Assembly (NCBI GenBank): GCA_963803675.1
Contig: CAWDNN010000002.1
Coordinates: 1,567-65,566, forward strand
DNA length: 64,000 bases
DNA from: an uncultured Acidobacteriota bacterium
GTDB lineage: Bacteria > Acidobacteriota > Terriglobia > Acidiferrales > UBA7541
Direction: 5' to 3'
The translations under genes were made by a program, and so were the position numbers. The notes under the pieces are model-generated. The model searched no databases. It saw only the letters and a program-made list of their open reading frames with translations, and had not been told where the DNA came from. Within the stretch, counting starts at the first letter, position 1. Every line of letters begins with the position of its first letter. This document shows, one piece after another, positions 21,451 to 31,161 of this stretch.

Positions 21451-22632
21451 TCAGGCTTCCGCTTCGGCGGGTGCGGTTGCTTGCGGCCGCAGTAGGCTGC
21501 CTGCCGTTTCCGCAAGCGTGATCCCCAGCTGTCCCCAGAGGCGGGCTTTCAAGGTGCGATAGCTTTGCGAGCCGGCGAAAACGTCGGCGAGCATCTGGCG
21601 GAAAGTGGCGCTGTGGCGGGCAAAGGCAATCATGCGCGACGTCACGGTCCCGCCCAAGAACTTGCCGTGATAGAAGAATTGCGAAAGCTTCGCAGCGTGC
21701 TCCAATTCGTGGCGGAAGGCCGCAGCCACCCGCGCCGGATACTCTTCGGGTGCCCCTGCAATTAGCGCGTCGGCCAGGATATCTCCTGAGCGCATTGCGT
21801 AATAGATTCCCTCACCGGTGACGGGATCAACCCAAGCGGCAGCGTCCCCCACTAGGGCCCAATTCGGGCCGACGACCCGGCGCCGGCATAGCGTTTCGCG
21901 TCTTGGCGACGGAAGCACGTGGCTATAGATCTGGGCGCCGTGCATGTTCAGGCGCTCATCTTTGACGAAGGCGTCGAGCAATCCCCGCAGCTCGCGCGAG
22001 CTGTGCTTGTGCATGCTGGCGCAGATTCCGACAGAGAGATGACCGAGCCGCGGAAACGACCAAAGATACCCTTCGAGCCCTCGCACGAATTTCACTTTGA
22101 GGAGATCCTCTTCGGCGGGAATGTAGTAGCCGAGCGTCAGCTCGAGATCTTCGGGCAGCAGATTCTGAGCACAGGGCAACAAGGCGTTTCTCGCGCCCGA
22201 GGCGATCACGACGAAATCGGCCTCGCGCCAGCCCCCCGCGGCTTCGAGCCGCGCCCGGGGGTTGTCTGTTTCAAGCCGCGTCACCCTCGCGTGAACGATC
22301 TTGCATCCGGCAGCGGCTGCACGATCAAGTAGCAATCCGTTCAGGACGGTGCGCGCAAAAATCACGATCGGCGAATCCAGCCGAAAGCGCGCGCGGCCCC
22401 CGTCAGAGGCAATCAACTCGACTTCGCTGACCGGTTTCCTGGGCTGTTTGCCGGAAAGGAGAAAAGGGAAGGCCGCGAGTGCTTTCTGCGTAAGACCGCC
22501 CCCGCAGGGCTTTTCCCACGCGAGGTGTTCGTCGTAAAGCGTAGTTGGAAAACCGGAGCGTGCGAGACGCTCGGCACAGATCGAACCGGCGGGACCTCCG
22601 CCAATGATGGCGACTTCTTGGACCTGGGCCAT
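21451..22632 (-). CDS. FAD-dependent oxidoreductase, geranylgeranyl reductase family
   Basis: N-terminal dinucleotide fold VAIIGGGPAGSICAERLARSG...EKPCGGGLT, and a later WALVGDAAAWVDPVTGEGIYYAMRSG motif. Intact 393-aa ORF. Confidence 0.8.
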   Translation of the reverse strand: MAQVQEVAIIGGGPAGSICAERLARSGFPTTLYDEHLAWEKPCGGGLTQKALAAFPFLLSGKQPRKPVSEVELIASDGGRARFRLDSPIVIFARTVLNGLLLDRAAAAGCKIVHARVTRLETDNPRARLEAAGGWREADFVVIASGARNALLPCAQNLLPEDLELTLGYYIPAEEDLLKVKFVRGLEGYLWSFPRLGHLSVGICASMHKHSSRELRGLLDAFVKDERLNMHGAQIYSHVLPSPRRETLCRRRVVGPNWALVGDAAAWVDPVTGEGIYYAMRSGDILADALIAGAPEEYPARVAAAFRHELEHAAKLSQFFYHGKFLGGTVTSRMIAFARHSATFRQMLADVFAGSQSYRTLKARLWGQLGITLAETAGSLLRPQATAPAEAEA

Positions 22633-22656
22633 GTGACGCGCTTCAACGCGCGAACG

Positions 22657-24222
22657 CTAACGGAGCGGAAAAACCGTAGCGAGAAACCACGCCGCGAGTA
22701 TAGCATCAAACGTAGCCGCAGCTGCCGCCGAGCCGGTCCGGCGGCGTAAAGCGTCACCCCCCAGCCGCTGCGCCACCGAAAGAATCAGAAGGGCAGGCGC
22801 AATCAGCAGCGGGAGGAATTCACCGCTTCCGAAACCGTAGTACCCCAGCGCCAGCGCAAAAAAAAGCTCCAGTCGCAAACCGAGAAAAATACCCCAGCGG
22901 CGAGGTCTATTGGAGACGCGCAGCGGCCCGAGCGCTAATTCTTCGGCGACGAAATAAGGCCAACAGGCCAAGGCCAGCGGCACGAAACGCCACCAGCGTG
23001 GCGCGTTCGGCCACAAGTCGAAGACCTGCCAATTCAATGCGGCACCCACGGCCATCGCGGCCACGAGGCCGAACACAATCGCCGCAAGCACCGCCCTGCT
23101 CTGGATTCCGGCGTCAGCTCGCATCGCGCGCGGTAGCAGCGCCAGCAGCAGAAGCCCCGCGAAAACAACGAATGACGCCAGGTAGTCCGCCGCATAGAGG
23201 CGCAGCGCATGCAGAGGAACGCCAAGCATCAGGATTCCCGCGGCGACAACCGCAGCTACTCCACCGCGTAGCAGGATGGCGGCTGGACCCAGTCCAGATG
23301 GAACGCCAGCGCGCACTTTAGAAGGCTCCGCGCCGTCGGAACCGGCACTGGGCGCAGCGCGACACAGCCAGCACGTCAGGCTCACCGCAGCGGGAAAGAC
23401 CAGCAGCAGTCCGGCCAGCGCGATCACGCAACCCAGCAGCCGCAGCCCTTCTAATTTCGCCATCGTGCCACGCTGTGGAATGCCTAGCGAGCGCGCGGCC
23501 CAGTCGGCGGCCGCAGACGTTGAGCGCGAATCCACAAGCACGCTGCTGTGCATGGCCAGCGGAATCCGCAGGAATTCCACCGCGCGCTGCTGGCGAAAAT
23601 CTTCCGGGGACGCGCGCGCGCCGCCGGCGGCGTTGAGAAGCTCGTGCGCCGCCTTTACAAGCTGCGGAGGATCGAATTGCGCGCTGATGATCAGCAGGTT
23701 GGGCGGCATGTGGCGCGGCAAGACGAGCGGAGCGGGGGAGATGGCGACGGTTCCCGCCGCCTCAGGAAAAAGGTCGGCCAGGCGAACGGCAATGGCTCCC
23801 CCGAGCGAGTGACCCACGAAGACCGTGCGATTGAGCTGGATTTGGCCCGAGCGCGCCAGTGACCCGACGGCTTCGGCCGCGCATCGTTCGGCATCGCCGA
23901 AAGAAAAGTGGCCAGTGCTGTCGCCCTCACCGGGCGAATCAAGCAAGTACACACGCATGCCAACTTCCGCCAACCGCTGTCCGACCGAATACATCACGCG
24001 GCGATTCGCCGAAAGCCCGTGTATCACGATCGCGTAGTACCTAAGAGAAGCTCCTTCGGGAATCCATGTGATCGGCCGGTCCATGACCGATGCGGGAGTG
24101 TGGCACCCGTCGTTCAGCACGAGGCTTCGCACCGGCAGGCGGTTCTTGCGGATGAGCGTGCCGCCGGCGAGCATCAGCACGCCGCCGAGAATCGCTAAAG
24201 TCCATTCAGCGCGACGCGCCAT
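22657..24222 (-). CDS. Alpha/beta hydrolase domain fused to a polytopic C-terminal membrane domain
   Basis: N-terminal TM, then a hydrolase fold with HGLSANRRV and the nucleophile elbow VGHSLGGAIA. The C-terminal ~270 aa form many hydrophobic helices, including VAEELALGPLR (a weak CPBP-like EExxxR). Intact 521-aa ORF, 24 nt from the reductase gene. Confidence 0.65.
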   Translation of the reverse strand: MARRAEWTLAILGGVLMLAGGTLIRKNRLPVRSLVLNDGCHTPASVMDRPITWIPEGASLRYYAIVIHGLSANRRVMYSVGQRLAEVGMRVYLLDSPGEGDSTGHFSFGDAERCAAEAVGSLARSGQIQLNRTVFVGHSLGGAIAVRLADLFPEAAGTVAISPAPLVLPRHMPPNLLIISAQFDPPQLVKAAHELLNAAGGARASPEDFRQQRAVEFLRIPLAMHSSVLVDSRSTSAAADWAARSLGIPQRGTMAKLEGLRLLGCVIALAGLLLVFPAAVSLTCWLCRAAPSAGSDGAEPSKVRAGVPSGLGPAAILLRGGVAAVVAAGILMLGVPLHALRLYAADYLASFVVFAGLLLLALLPRAMRADAGIQSRAVLAAIVFGLVAAMAVGAALNWQVFDLWPNAPRWWRFVPLALACWPYFVAEELALGPLRVSNRPRRWGIFLGLRLELFFALALGYYGFGSGEFLPLLIAPALLILSVAQRLGGDALRRRTGSAAAAATFDAILAAWFLATVFPLR

Positions 24223-24290
24223 TGAGCTTCCTCCACATGTTAAGATGAAGCCTACGCTCGGTGTGCATTCGACGCTCGCGTGAACCGTTG

Positions 24291-24773
24291 ATGGGGACCG
24301 TAGTCCGACAGGACGAATTGATTCTGCAAGCGGCCGCGCGCAAACGCAACGGCGAACGCGTGGTGTTCACCAACGGCTGTTTCGATCTTCTTCATCCCGG
24401 CCATATTCGATGCTTGGAAGCGGCAAGATCGCTAGGCGATCTGCTGATTGTCGCGGTGAATAGCGACACGAGCGTTCGCGGAAACAAAGGACCGGCGCGG
24501 CCGGTAGTGCCAGAATCGGAACGCGCCGAGCTTCTGGCGGCGCTGGCGTGCGTGGATTACGTTACGATTTTCGCCGAGCCGACACCGCGGGAATTGATCG
24601 CAAAGATCGCACCCCATATTCTGGTGAAGGGTGGCGATTGGGGAAGCGACCGGGTGGTCGGCCGTGAGGAAGTGGAAGCCGCGGGGGGCCGCGTGGTTCA
24701 GATTCCGGTGGTCTCTGGATTCTCGACAACCGCGCTCATTCAAAAAGCCCGCGGAGCAACTCGCACCAGGTAG
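24291..24773 (+). CDS. rfaE2: D-glycero-beta-D-manno-heptose 1-phosphate adenylyltransferase (RfaE domain II type cytidylyltransferase)
   Basis: VVFTNGCFDLLHPGHIRCLEAARSLGDLLIVAVNSDTSVR...ERAELLAALACVDYVTIF...ILVKGGDW. This is a stand-alone domain II with no kinase domain I. Confidence 0.8.
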   Translation: MGTVVRQDELILQAAARKRNGERVVFTNGCFDLLHPGHIRCLEAARSLGDLLIVAVNSDTSVRGNKGPARPVVPESERAELLAALACVDYVTIFAEPTPRELIAKIAPHILVKGGDWGSDRVVGREEVEAAGGRVVQIPVVSGFSTTALIQKARGATRTR

Positions 24774-24813
24774 TTTCGTGAGCGCGTTTTATGGGCCTAG
24801 CTTCGTTGACTAG

Positions 24814-27800
24814 ATGATTCTTTCGTCCGTGGATGAACTGCTTTCCCGCGTACTCCGGCTCGATGCCGTGGACGCCACGCTCGACGATTTGCGTCGCGGC
24901 GCGGGAGAGGCACGTCTGGGTGGCCTCACCGATGCCGCGAAGACCATCGTGGCCGCGCAGATGGTGGCCGCGCTCCGCAGACCGGCCATCCTGATCGTCG
25001 AATCGGAAACGCGGGCGGAAACGCTGATCGAGCCGATTCGGTATTTCCTGCGGGCTTCCGGAAACGCATCGGCGCAGGTGATGGAGTTGCCTGCGATTGA
25101 CCCTGGCTCGCATCTTCCGGCGCACCCGGAAATCCTTGAATCCCGCGCGCTAGCCCTGTGGCATTTCGTCAATGGTGAAACGGCACTGCTCGTGGCGCCG
25201 GTTTCCGCGGCCCTCGGCCGGTATCGCCATCCCGCGGCTTACGCCGAGTTGGCGCGCAGCCTGCATCGGGACATGGCATTGCCACTAGCTACGCTGGTCG
25301 AGCACCTCGAAGCAACTGGCTATGCACGCGGCGAAATGGTTGAGATGCCGGGGCAGTACGCGCAGCGCGGCGGCATCATTGACGTGTTTCCAGCCGAGGC
25401 TGCACGACCTATCCGCATTGAGCTTCTCGGCGATGCGGTCGAGTCGCTGCGCGAGTTCGATCCTGATACGCAGCGTTCGGTTCGGCCCGTCGAGCGCGCG
25501 GTGATCCCGCCGCTGCTGGAAACGTTCCGTTTTGCGCCGGGCGCAAACGGCCACGATGGCGCGTCTCCTCGTTTCGAGCTCGGCACGCTGTTTGATCTCG
25601 CGGACCGGCCTCTCGTGATCCTCGATGAGCCCACCGTTTTGGAAGAAGCCACCGCAAAGTTGCGCGCTCGGCTCACGGATTCGAGCCATGCGGGCAGCGA
25701 GCCCGATGGCGGCGAAGACCAAGAGGCCGGAATCCACGGCCGCGGTCTCTTAAGCGACCAAGCGTGGAAGTCCGCTCTCGCCACGCAGCAAAGGCTCATC
25801 CTTGAACAGCTTACGCTCCAAGGCTCCGATGATTTCACTCCGCGCAGCATCCGAACCCAACCCACCCAGAAATATCACGGCAATGTGCAGGCGTTCATGG
25901 CGGAAGCGCGCGGGCGCGTCTCGAGCGGCGAGCAAGTCGTAATTTCCGCGGCGACGCTCGGCGAACTCGAGCGGTTTGCCGATCTCTGCCACGAATACGA
26001 AATGGCTTACCGTCTGGCGGAAGTGGACGAGAGCACAGCCGGCGCGCGCCTTGCCGAGGATTCCACGGCGGGAACGGTTGCCGGCACTGGTACTCGCGCG
26101 CACGCCGCTCGAAGAAGGCGTCGCATTCCCCGAGTGCCGGCTGACGATTTACGGCACAGCCGATGTTTTTGACGTTCGGCCCGCTGCGCCCGCAAAACTG
26201 CGCGCGAAGACGGGTTCGTTCTTCGGCGATTTCGCCGAGTTGAAGCCCGGCGACTACGTGGTTCACGTGGATCATGGCATCGGGCAGTTTGACGGCTTGC
26301 GCCAGCTCGAAAGCGAAGGGCGCGCAAGGCGAATTCATGTTGCTGCGATTATGCCGGACGACGCGAAGCTCTACGTGCCTCTGGCGCGCATGGACCTGGT
26401 GCAGAGCTATCGCGCGGTCGAGGGCGTCGAACCGCAACTCGATAAACTCGGCGGAACGGGCTGGGCGACGCGAAGGCGCGCGTCAAGAAATCGCTCGCCG
26501 AGATGGCCGACCAGCTTCTGCGCCTCTACGCCGAACGCAAAGCTGACGGGGGCGCACGCGTTCCCGGCCGATACGCCATGGCAAAAAGAATTCGAAGACG
26601 CGTTTGAATTTGACGAGACGCGCGACCAGGCCAGCGCGATCACGGACGTCAAGCGCGACATGGAGCGCGCCGTCCCGATGGACCGCCTGCTGTGCGGCGA
26701 CGTCGGCTACGGTAAGACTGAAGTCGCCATGCGCGCCGCGTTCAAGGCCGTCGGCGACAGCCGCCAGGTGGCCGTGCTCGCGCCTACGACCGTGCTTGTT
26801 TTCCAACACTACGAAACATTCCGCCGCCGCTTCGCCGCGTTTCCGGTGCGCATCGAAATGCTCAGCCGCTTCCGCACGGCGCAGCAACAGAAGGCATCAC
26901 TGGCCGCCCTGCAATCTGGGCAAGTGGACATCGTCATTGGCACGCATCGACTGCTCTCCAAGGATGTGAAGTTTCACGATCTTGGTCTCCTGATCGTGGA
27001 CGAGGAGCAGCGCTTCGGCGTGGCGCACAAGGAGCGGCATCAAGGAGTTGCGCAAGGATGTTCACGTGCTCACCATGTCCGCGACGCCGGTGCCCCGCAC
27101 GCTGCACATGTCCCTGGCGGGAATTCGCGACCTGAGCGTGATCGAAACCCCGCCCAAGGACCGCCTGGCGATTCAAACGGTTGTCGCATCGTTTGACGAG
27201 AATCTGATCCGCCGCGCGATTCAGGAAGAACTCGATCGCAAGGGCCAGGTGTTTTTCATCCATAATCGCGTGGAATCCATCGCCTCGGTGGCCGCGCTCA
27301 TCCAGAAACTGGCACCGAAGGCGCGCGTCGTGGTAGGACATGGGCAGATGCCGGAAAACGAGCTTGAGGCGGTAATGCTGAAGTTCGTCCGCGATGAAGC
27401 GGACGTGCTCGTCTCCACCACCATCGTGGAAAACGGGCTGGATATTCCCCGCGCCAACACGATCATCATCAATCGCGCCGACCGCTTCGGCCTGAGTGAG
27501 CTCTACCAGTTGCGCGGCCGCGTGGGCCGTTCCAACCAGCGCGCCTACGCTTACTTGCTCGTCGCGCCCGGCGCTTCGCTTACCCCCATCGCGCGGCGCA
27601 GACTAGCCGCGCTAAAGGAATTCAGCGATCTCGGGCGCCGGGTTCCGCATTGCCGCCCTCGATCTCGAGTTGCGCGGCGCGGGCAATTTGCTGGGACGCC
27701 AACAACATGGACACATCAACGCGGTTGGCTTTGACCTCTATACGAAGATGCTCGAGCACGCGGTTGCCGAGATCAAGGGCGAGGCCGCGCCCACCGAATT

Positions 27801-28230
27801 GCGCGCCACGATCAACCTTGGCGTTGATCTGCGCATCCCACCGGTATACATCCCCAGCGAGAACCTGCGCCTGCGAACGTACAAGCGCATCGCGGAGATC
27901 AGCGCGGAGTCGCAGCGCGAGGAAGTGCTCAAAGAGCTGGAGGATCGTTTTGGCCCGCCGCCCCCAGCCATTCAGAATCTGCTCGACTACGCGCTCTTGA
28001 AGGCGCAGGCGGAAAAAATGGCGGTCGCCGCGATCGAACGGCGGGGTGCGCAGGTGAGCGTGAAGTTTCATCCGCAAACTTCGGTGAAGCCGGAGCGGGT
28101 TGTGAGCTTGTTGCGGTCCCGGCGGGGACTAAGGCTCGATCCTTCAGGAATTCTTTGGATCGCTGTCGAACGGGGAAAGGAACCATTGGCGCGAGCCATC
28201 ACGAACATATTGCTACAACTACAAATGTAG
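24814..28230 (+). pseudogene. mfd: Transcription-repair coupling factor Mfd (about seven frame changes)
   Basis: Continuous Mfd similarity across ORFs 24814..26172, 25976..27196, 26274..26546, 27048..27734 and 27670..28230. Landmarks: CarD-like YVVHVDHGIGQFDG, helicase motifs [51 protein letters not shown], and the TRCF C-terminal domain. Breaks near 26070, 26300, 26350, 26470, 26545, 27040 and 27632. Confidence 0.9.
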
Positions 28231-28261
28231 AGATACAATGGAAGCTCTTGGGGGATCCACT

Positions 28262-29479
28262 ATGAAAATCCGTTGGCTGATGCTGGGCGTGGCCGTGGTG
28301 TGTGCGAGCGCCACCGCTCAAACTCAGAACCCGCCGCAGGCGCAAGGAACCGGAGCGCCGCCCGCGCAGGCTCCCGCGAAAAATACTGCGCCCGGCCAGG
28401 CGTCCGCGAAGCCCGCGGCTCCCGCCTCGGCCGCGCCTGTTCAGGGCACCGTAGTGGAAGATATCGTTGCGCGCGTGAACGACGACATCATCACCACCGT
28501 TGATTATCAGGAAGCGTTGGCCAGTTCGCCCCAGGAAGCGCAGGAGGACTGCCCGGGTTGCTCGCCGGATCAGCTTAAGGCCAAAACGGAAGAGGTCCGG
28601 CGAAATATCCTTCGCGACCTGATTGACCAGGCTCTTCTCGTGCAGCGAGCGAAAGATCTCGGCATCACCGTGGAAACCGACGTGGTGAAAGAGCTCGACC
28701 AGATCCGCCAGCAAAACAAGCTGCCTGACCTCGAAGCGCTCGAAAAGGAAGTCGGGGCGCAGGGCCTCAACTACGACGATTTCAAGAACCGTATCCGGGA
28801 CCACATGCTGGTGCAGGAAGTGGTGCGGCGTGAAGTACAGTCCAAGATCAACCTGGACCATGCGGAAGTCCAGAAATACTACGACACGCACAAGCCTGAG
28901 TTCGAGACTCCAGAGATGGTTTATGTGCGTGAGATATTCGTCAGCACCAAAGACAAGCCGGAAGCCGACCTTCCCAAGCTGAAACAGAAGGCGGAGGAAT
29001 TGCGCCAGCGCGTGCTCGTCAACGGCGATGACTTCGGCGAATTGGCCAAGCACTTCTCGGACAGCGTAACAGCGAAGCAAGGTGGCGAATTGGGATCGGT
29101 CCGGCCGGGGCAGTTCGACAAGGCATACGATGTGGTCTTCAAGCTCAACAAGAATGAGATGACGCCCGTCATTCCCACACCGGGTGGTTTCGAGATTCTA
29201 CAGGTCCAGGAGCACTATGAGGCGGGTCTGCAGCCCCTGGACAAAGTCCAAGGCCAGATTGAAAACCGGCTTACTGCGCAAATGATGGAACCCAGGGTGC
29301 GCGCCTACCTGGCCACGCTCCGGCAAGATAGCTACGTGATCTATCATCCGGGTTACGTGGATACGGCCGCCGTCGCCAACAGCACGCCGATCGTTGAAGA
29401 AGGAGCGCCCGAGCCCGCGAAGAAAGACCAACAAACCCCCTCCACACAAAAGAAGAAGAAATTTCTGGGAATATTCTGA
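28262..29479 (+). CDS. SurA-like periplasmic chaperone / PpiC-type peptidyl-prolyl isomerase
   Basis: Signal MKIRWLMLGVAVVCASATAQ. SurA_N-like VARVNDDIITTVDYQEAL...ILRDLIDQALLVQRAKDLGI. Parvulin domain REIFVSTKD...DDFGELAKHFSDS..AKQGGELG...GGFEILQV. Alternative ATG at 28238. Confidence 0.75.
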   Translation: MKIRWLMLGVAVVCASATAQTQNPPQAQGTGAPPAQAPAKNTAPGQASAKPAAPASAAPVQGTVVEDIVARVNDDIITTVDYQEALASSPQEAQEDCPGCSPDQLKAKTEEVRRNILRDLIDQALLVQRAKDLGITVETDVVKELDQIRQQNKLPDLEALEKEVGAQGLNYDDFKNRIRDHMLVQEVVRREVQSKINLDHAEVQKYYDTHKPEFETPEMVYVREIFVSTKDKPEADLPKLKQKAEELRQRVLVNGDDFGELAKHFSDSVTAKQGGELGSVRPGQFDKAYDVVFKLNKNEMTPVIPTPGGFEILQVQEHYEAGLQPLDKVQGQIENRLTAQMMEPRVRAYLATLRQDSYVIYHPGYVDTAAVANSTPIVEEGAPEPAKKDQQTPSTQKKKKFLGIF

Positions 29480-29497
29480 GGCTCGCGCCTACCCAAA

Positions 29498-30637
29498 ATG
29501 AAAACAGCCTACGTCGCTGATCTTGCGCCCGAACAGGTTGTGACGTCGTTCTTCGTTGTCCACGAAAAAGAGGTCCGGGCCACACGGGAAGGGCGGCACT
29601 ATCTGCGCCTGGAACTTGGCGATCGTACCGGCACGGTCGAAGCGCGCATGTGGACAGGTTTCGAGGACGCCGTCGCCGGCTTTTCGCGCGACGACTTTGT
29701 GAAGGTGCAGGCGCGGGTCGAGATTTACAGAAACCGCCCGCAGCTCATGGTAGACCGCGTCCGCCGCGCCGAGCTAAACGAGGTCGATTTCGCCGATTTC
29801 TTTCCCCACACCAGCGCCAATGTGGACGAGCTGTGGGCGCGCCTTTGCGCCCATGCGGAGGGCGTGCGCAATCCGTGGCTGCATCAACTGCTCACTGCGG
29901 TCCTGGACGACGCCGAAATCAGCGCTCGCTATCGCCGCGCGCCTGCCGCAAAGACGATGCACCATGCCTATCTCGGCGGCTTGCTCGAACACGTCGTGAG
30001 CCTGTGCGATCTGTGCCGGGCCGTCGCCGGACACTACCCCGAGGCGGACGTCGATCTGCTGATTACGGGCGCGGCACTGCACGACGTTGCGAAGATTTAC
30101 GAGCTGACTTACGACCGTGGTTTGGGCTATAGCAATGAAGGCCAGCTTCTGGGACACATCGTCATGGCCGTCGAGATGGTTGGCAAGAAGGCGGACGCTA
30201 TTCCAGGATTTCCGCCCGAACTCGCGACGCTGGTGAAGCACATGATCCTGAGCCACCATGGCGAATATGAGTTTGGCTCCCCCAAATTGCCGATGTTTCG
30301 CGAGGCGTTGATGCTCCATTACCTGGACGACCTCGACTCCAAAATGGGCGCGATTCGCAGCGTGCTCGGCTCAGAGCGCGGCGAACAGGAATGGACGGAC
30401 CGCAGCGGCGCGTTGGACCGGCGTTTGCTACGTGTCGAGCGATACGTGAACGTGGCAACGCCCGCAGAGACAGTTGTCGTGGCCGAAACGGTCGAGCAGC
30501 TTTCGCTAATCCCCACGGCGGCGCCAAACGATCCGAATTCCGGTGCGGTCAAGCACCGCGGCAACGCGGCAGATCCGGCAGGCAATTCCGGCCAGTCCGG
30601 CGCGCCTGCGTCCGGACCTGCCAGGCGGAGCGCATAG
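29498..30637 (+). CDS. OB-fold + HD-domain phosphohydrolase, YhaM-like 3'-5' exoribonuclease family
   Basis: N-terminal OB fold (YLRLELGDRTGTVEARMW...FVKVQARVEIYRNRPQLMV). HD domain (HHAYLGGLLEHV...ALHDVAKI...ILSHHGEYEFGSP). Low-complexity C-terminal tail. Confidence 0.7.
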   Translation: MKTAYVADLAPEQVVTSFFVVHEKEVRATREGRHYLRLELGDRTGTVEARMWTGFEDAVAGFSRDDFVKVQARVEIYRNRPQLMVDRVRRAELNEVDFADFFPHTSANVDELWARLCAHAEGVRNPWLHQLLTAVLDDAEISARYRRAPAAKTMHHAYLGGLLEHVVSLCDLCRAVAGHYPEADVDLLITGAALHDVAKIYELTYDRGLGYSNEGQLLGHIVMAVEMVGKKADAIPGFPPELATLVKHMILSHHGEYEFGSPKLPMFREALMLHYLDDLDSKMGAIRSVLGSERGEQEWTDRSGALDRRLLRVERYVNVATPAETVVVAETVEQLSLIPTAAPNDPNSGAVKHRGNAADPAGNSGQSGAPASGPARRSA

Positions 30638-31161
30638 TGGCGTCACCTGTTCACGCCCCCCAGAGCAGCACCGCCAAGCGGCGGCGATCCGTTCTTGACC
30701 TCGCGCCCCTCGAGCTGGATTGCATGAATGCTCTTTGGCCGATGGGCGAAGCAACGGTGCGCGGTGTTCAGCAGGCACTCGTGGCAAAGCGCCCGCGCGC
30801 CTACACGACGATCATGACGATTCTCGACCGGCTGGCGCACAAGGGCGTGGTCGTGCGGCGCAAAGTGGGCCGTGCGTACCTTTACAGTGCGAACCTGAGC
30901 CCGCACCATGCGAGGGAGACTGCGGTCGAGCAACTCGTCGCGGGCTTTTTCGGGGGCTCGCGTGAGGAGCTGGCCCGCCACCTAGGTCATCTGCCGGCGA
31001 AGACCATGCACCCGGCGGTCCCAGGTCACCCGGAAGAGACTTCGTCGTCGCCGGACGCGCCAGCGGTGAAAACACCTGGCGAGTACCGTGGAAGTTTGCC
31101 GGTCGCGAGTGACGCTGAGGAACCTGCTCCTGCCACCCGCACAAAGGGAGCTGCGCAGTGA
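30637..31161 (+). CDS. BlaI/MecI/CopY-family winged-helix transcriptional repressor (no BlaR1-type partner adjacent)
   Basis: GTG at 30637 overlaps the upstream TAG (TAGTG). LAPLELDCMNALWPMGEATVRGVQQAL...AYTTIMTILDRLAHKGVVVRRKVGRAYLYSA matches the Penicillinase_R fold. The stop overlaps the dusB start (GTGA). Confidence 0.7.
   Translation: MASPVHAPQSSTAKRRRSVLDLAPLELDCMNALWPMGEATVRGVQQALVAKRPRAYTTIMTILDRLAHKGVVVRRKVGRAYLYSANLSPHHARETAVEQLVAGFFGGSREELARHLGHLPAKTMHPAVPGHPEETSSSPDAPAVKTPGEYRGSLPVASDAEEPAPATRTKGAAQ

Noticed and set aside
18891-31161. Functional link between the beta-lactamase-family hydrolase (18891..19811) and the BlaI-like repressor (30637..31161)
   Set aside because: They are 11 kb apart, separated by unrelated housekeeping genes, and no BlaR1 sensor is present. 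Co-occurrence in one window is not evidence of a bla regulon.
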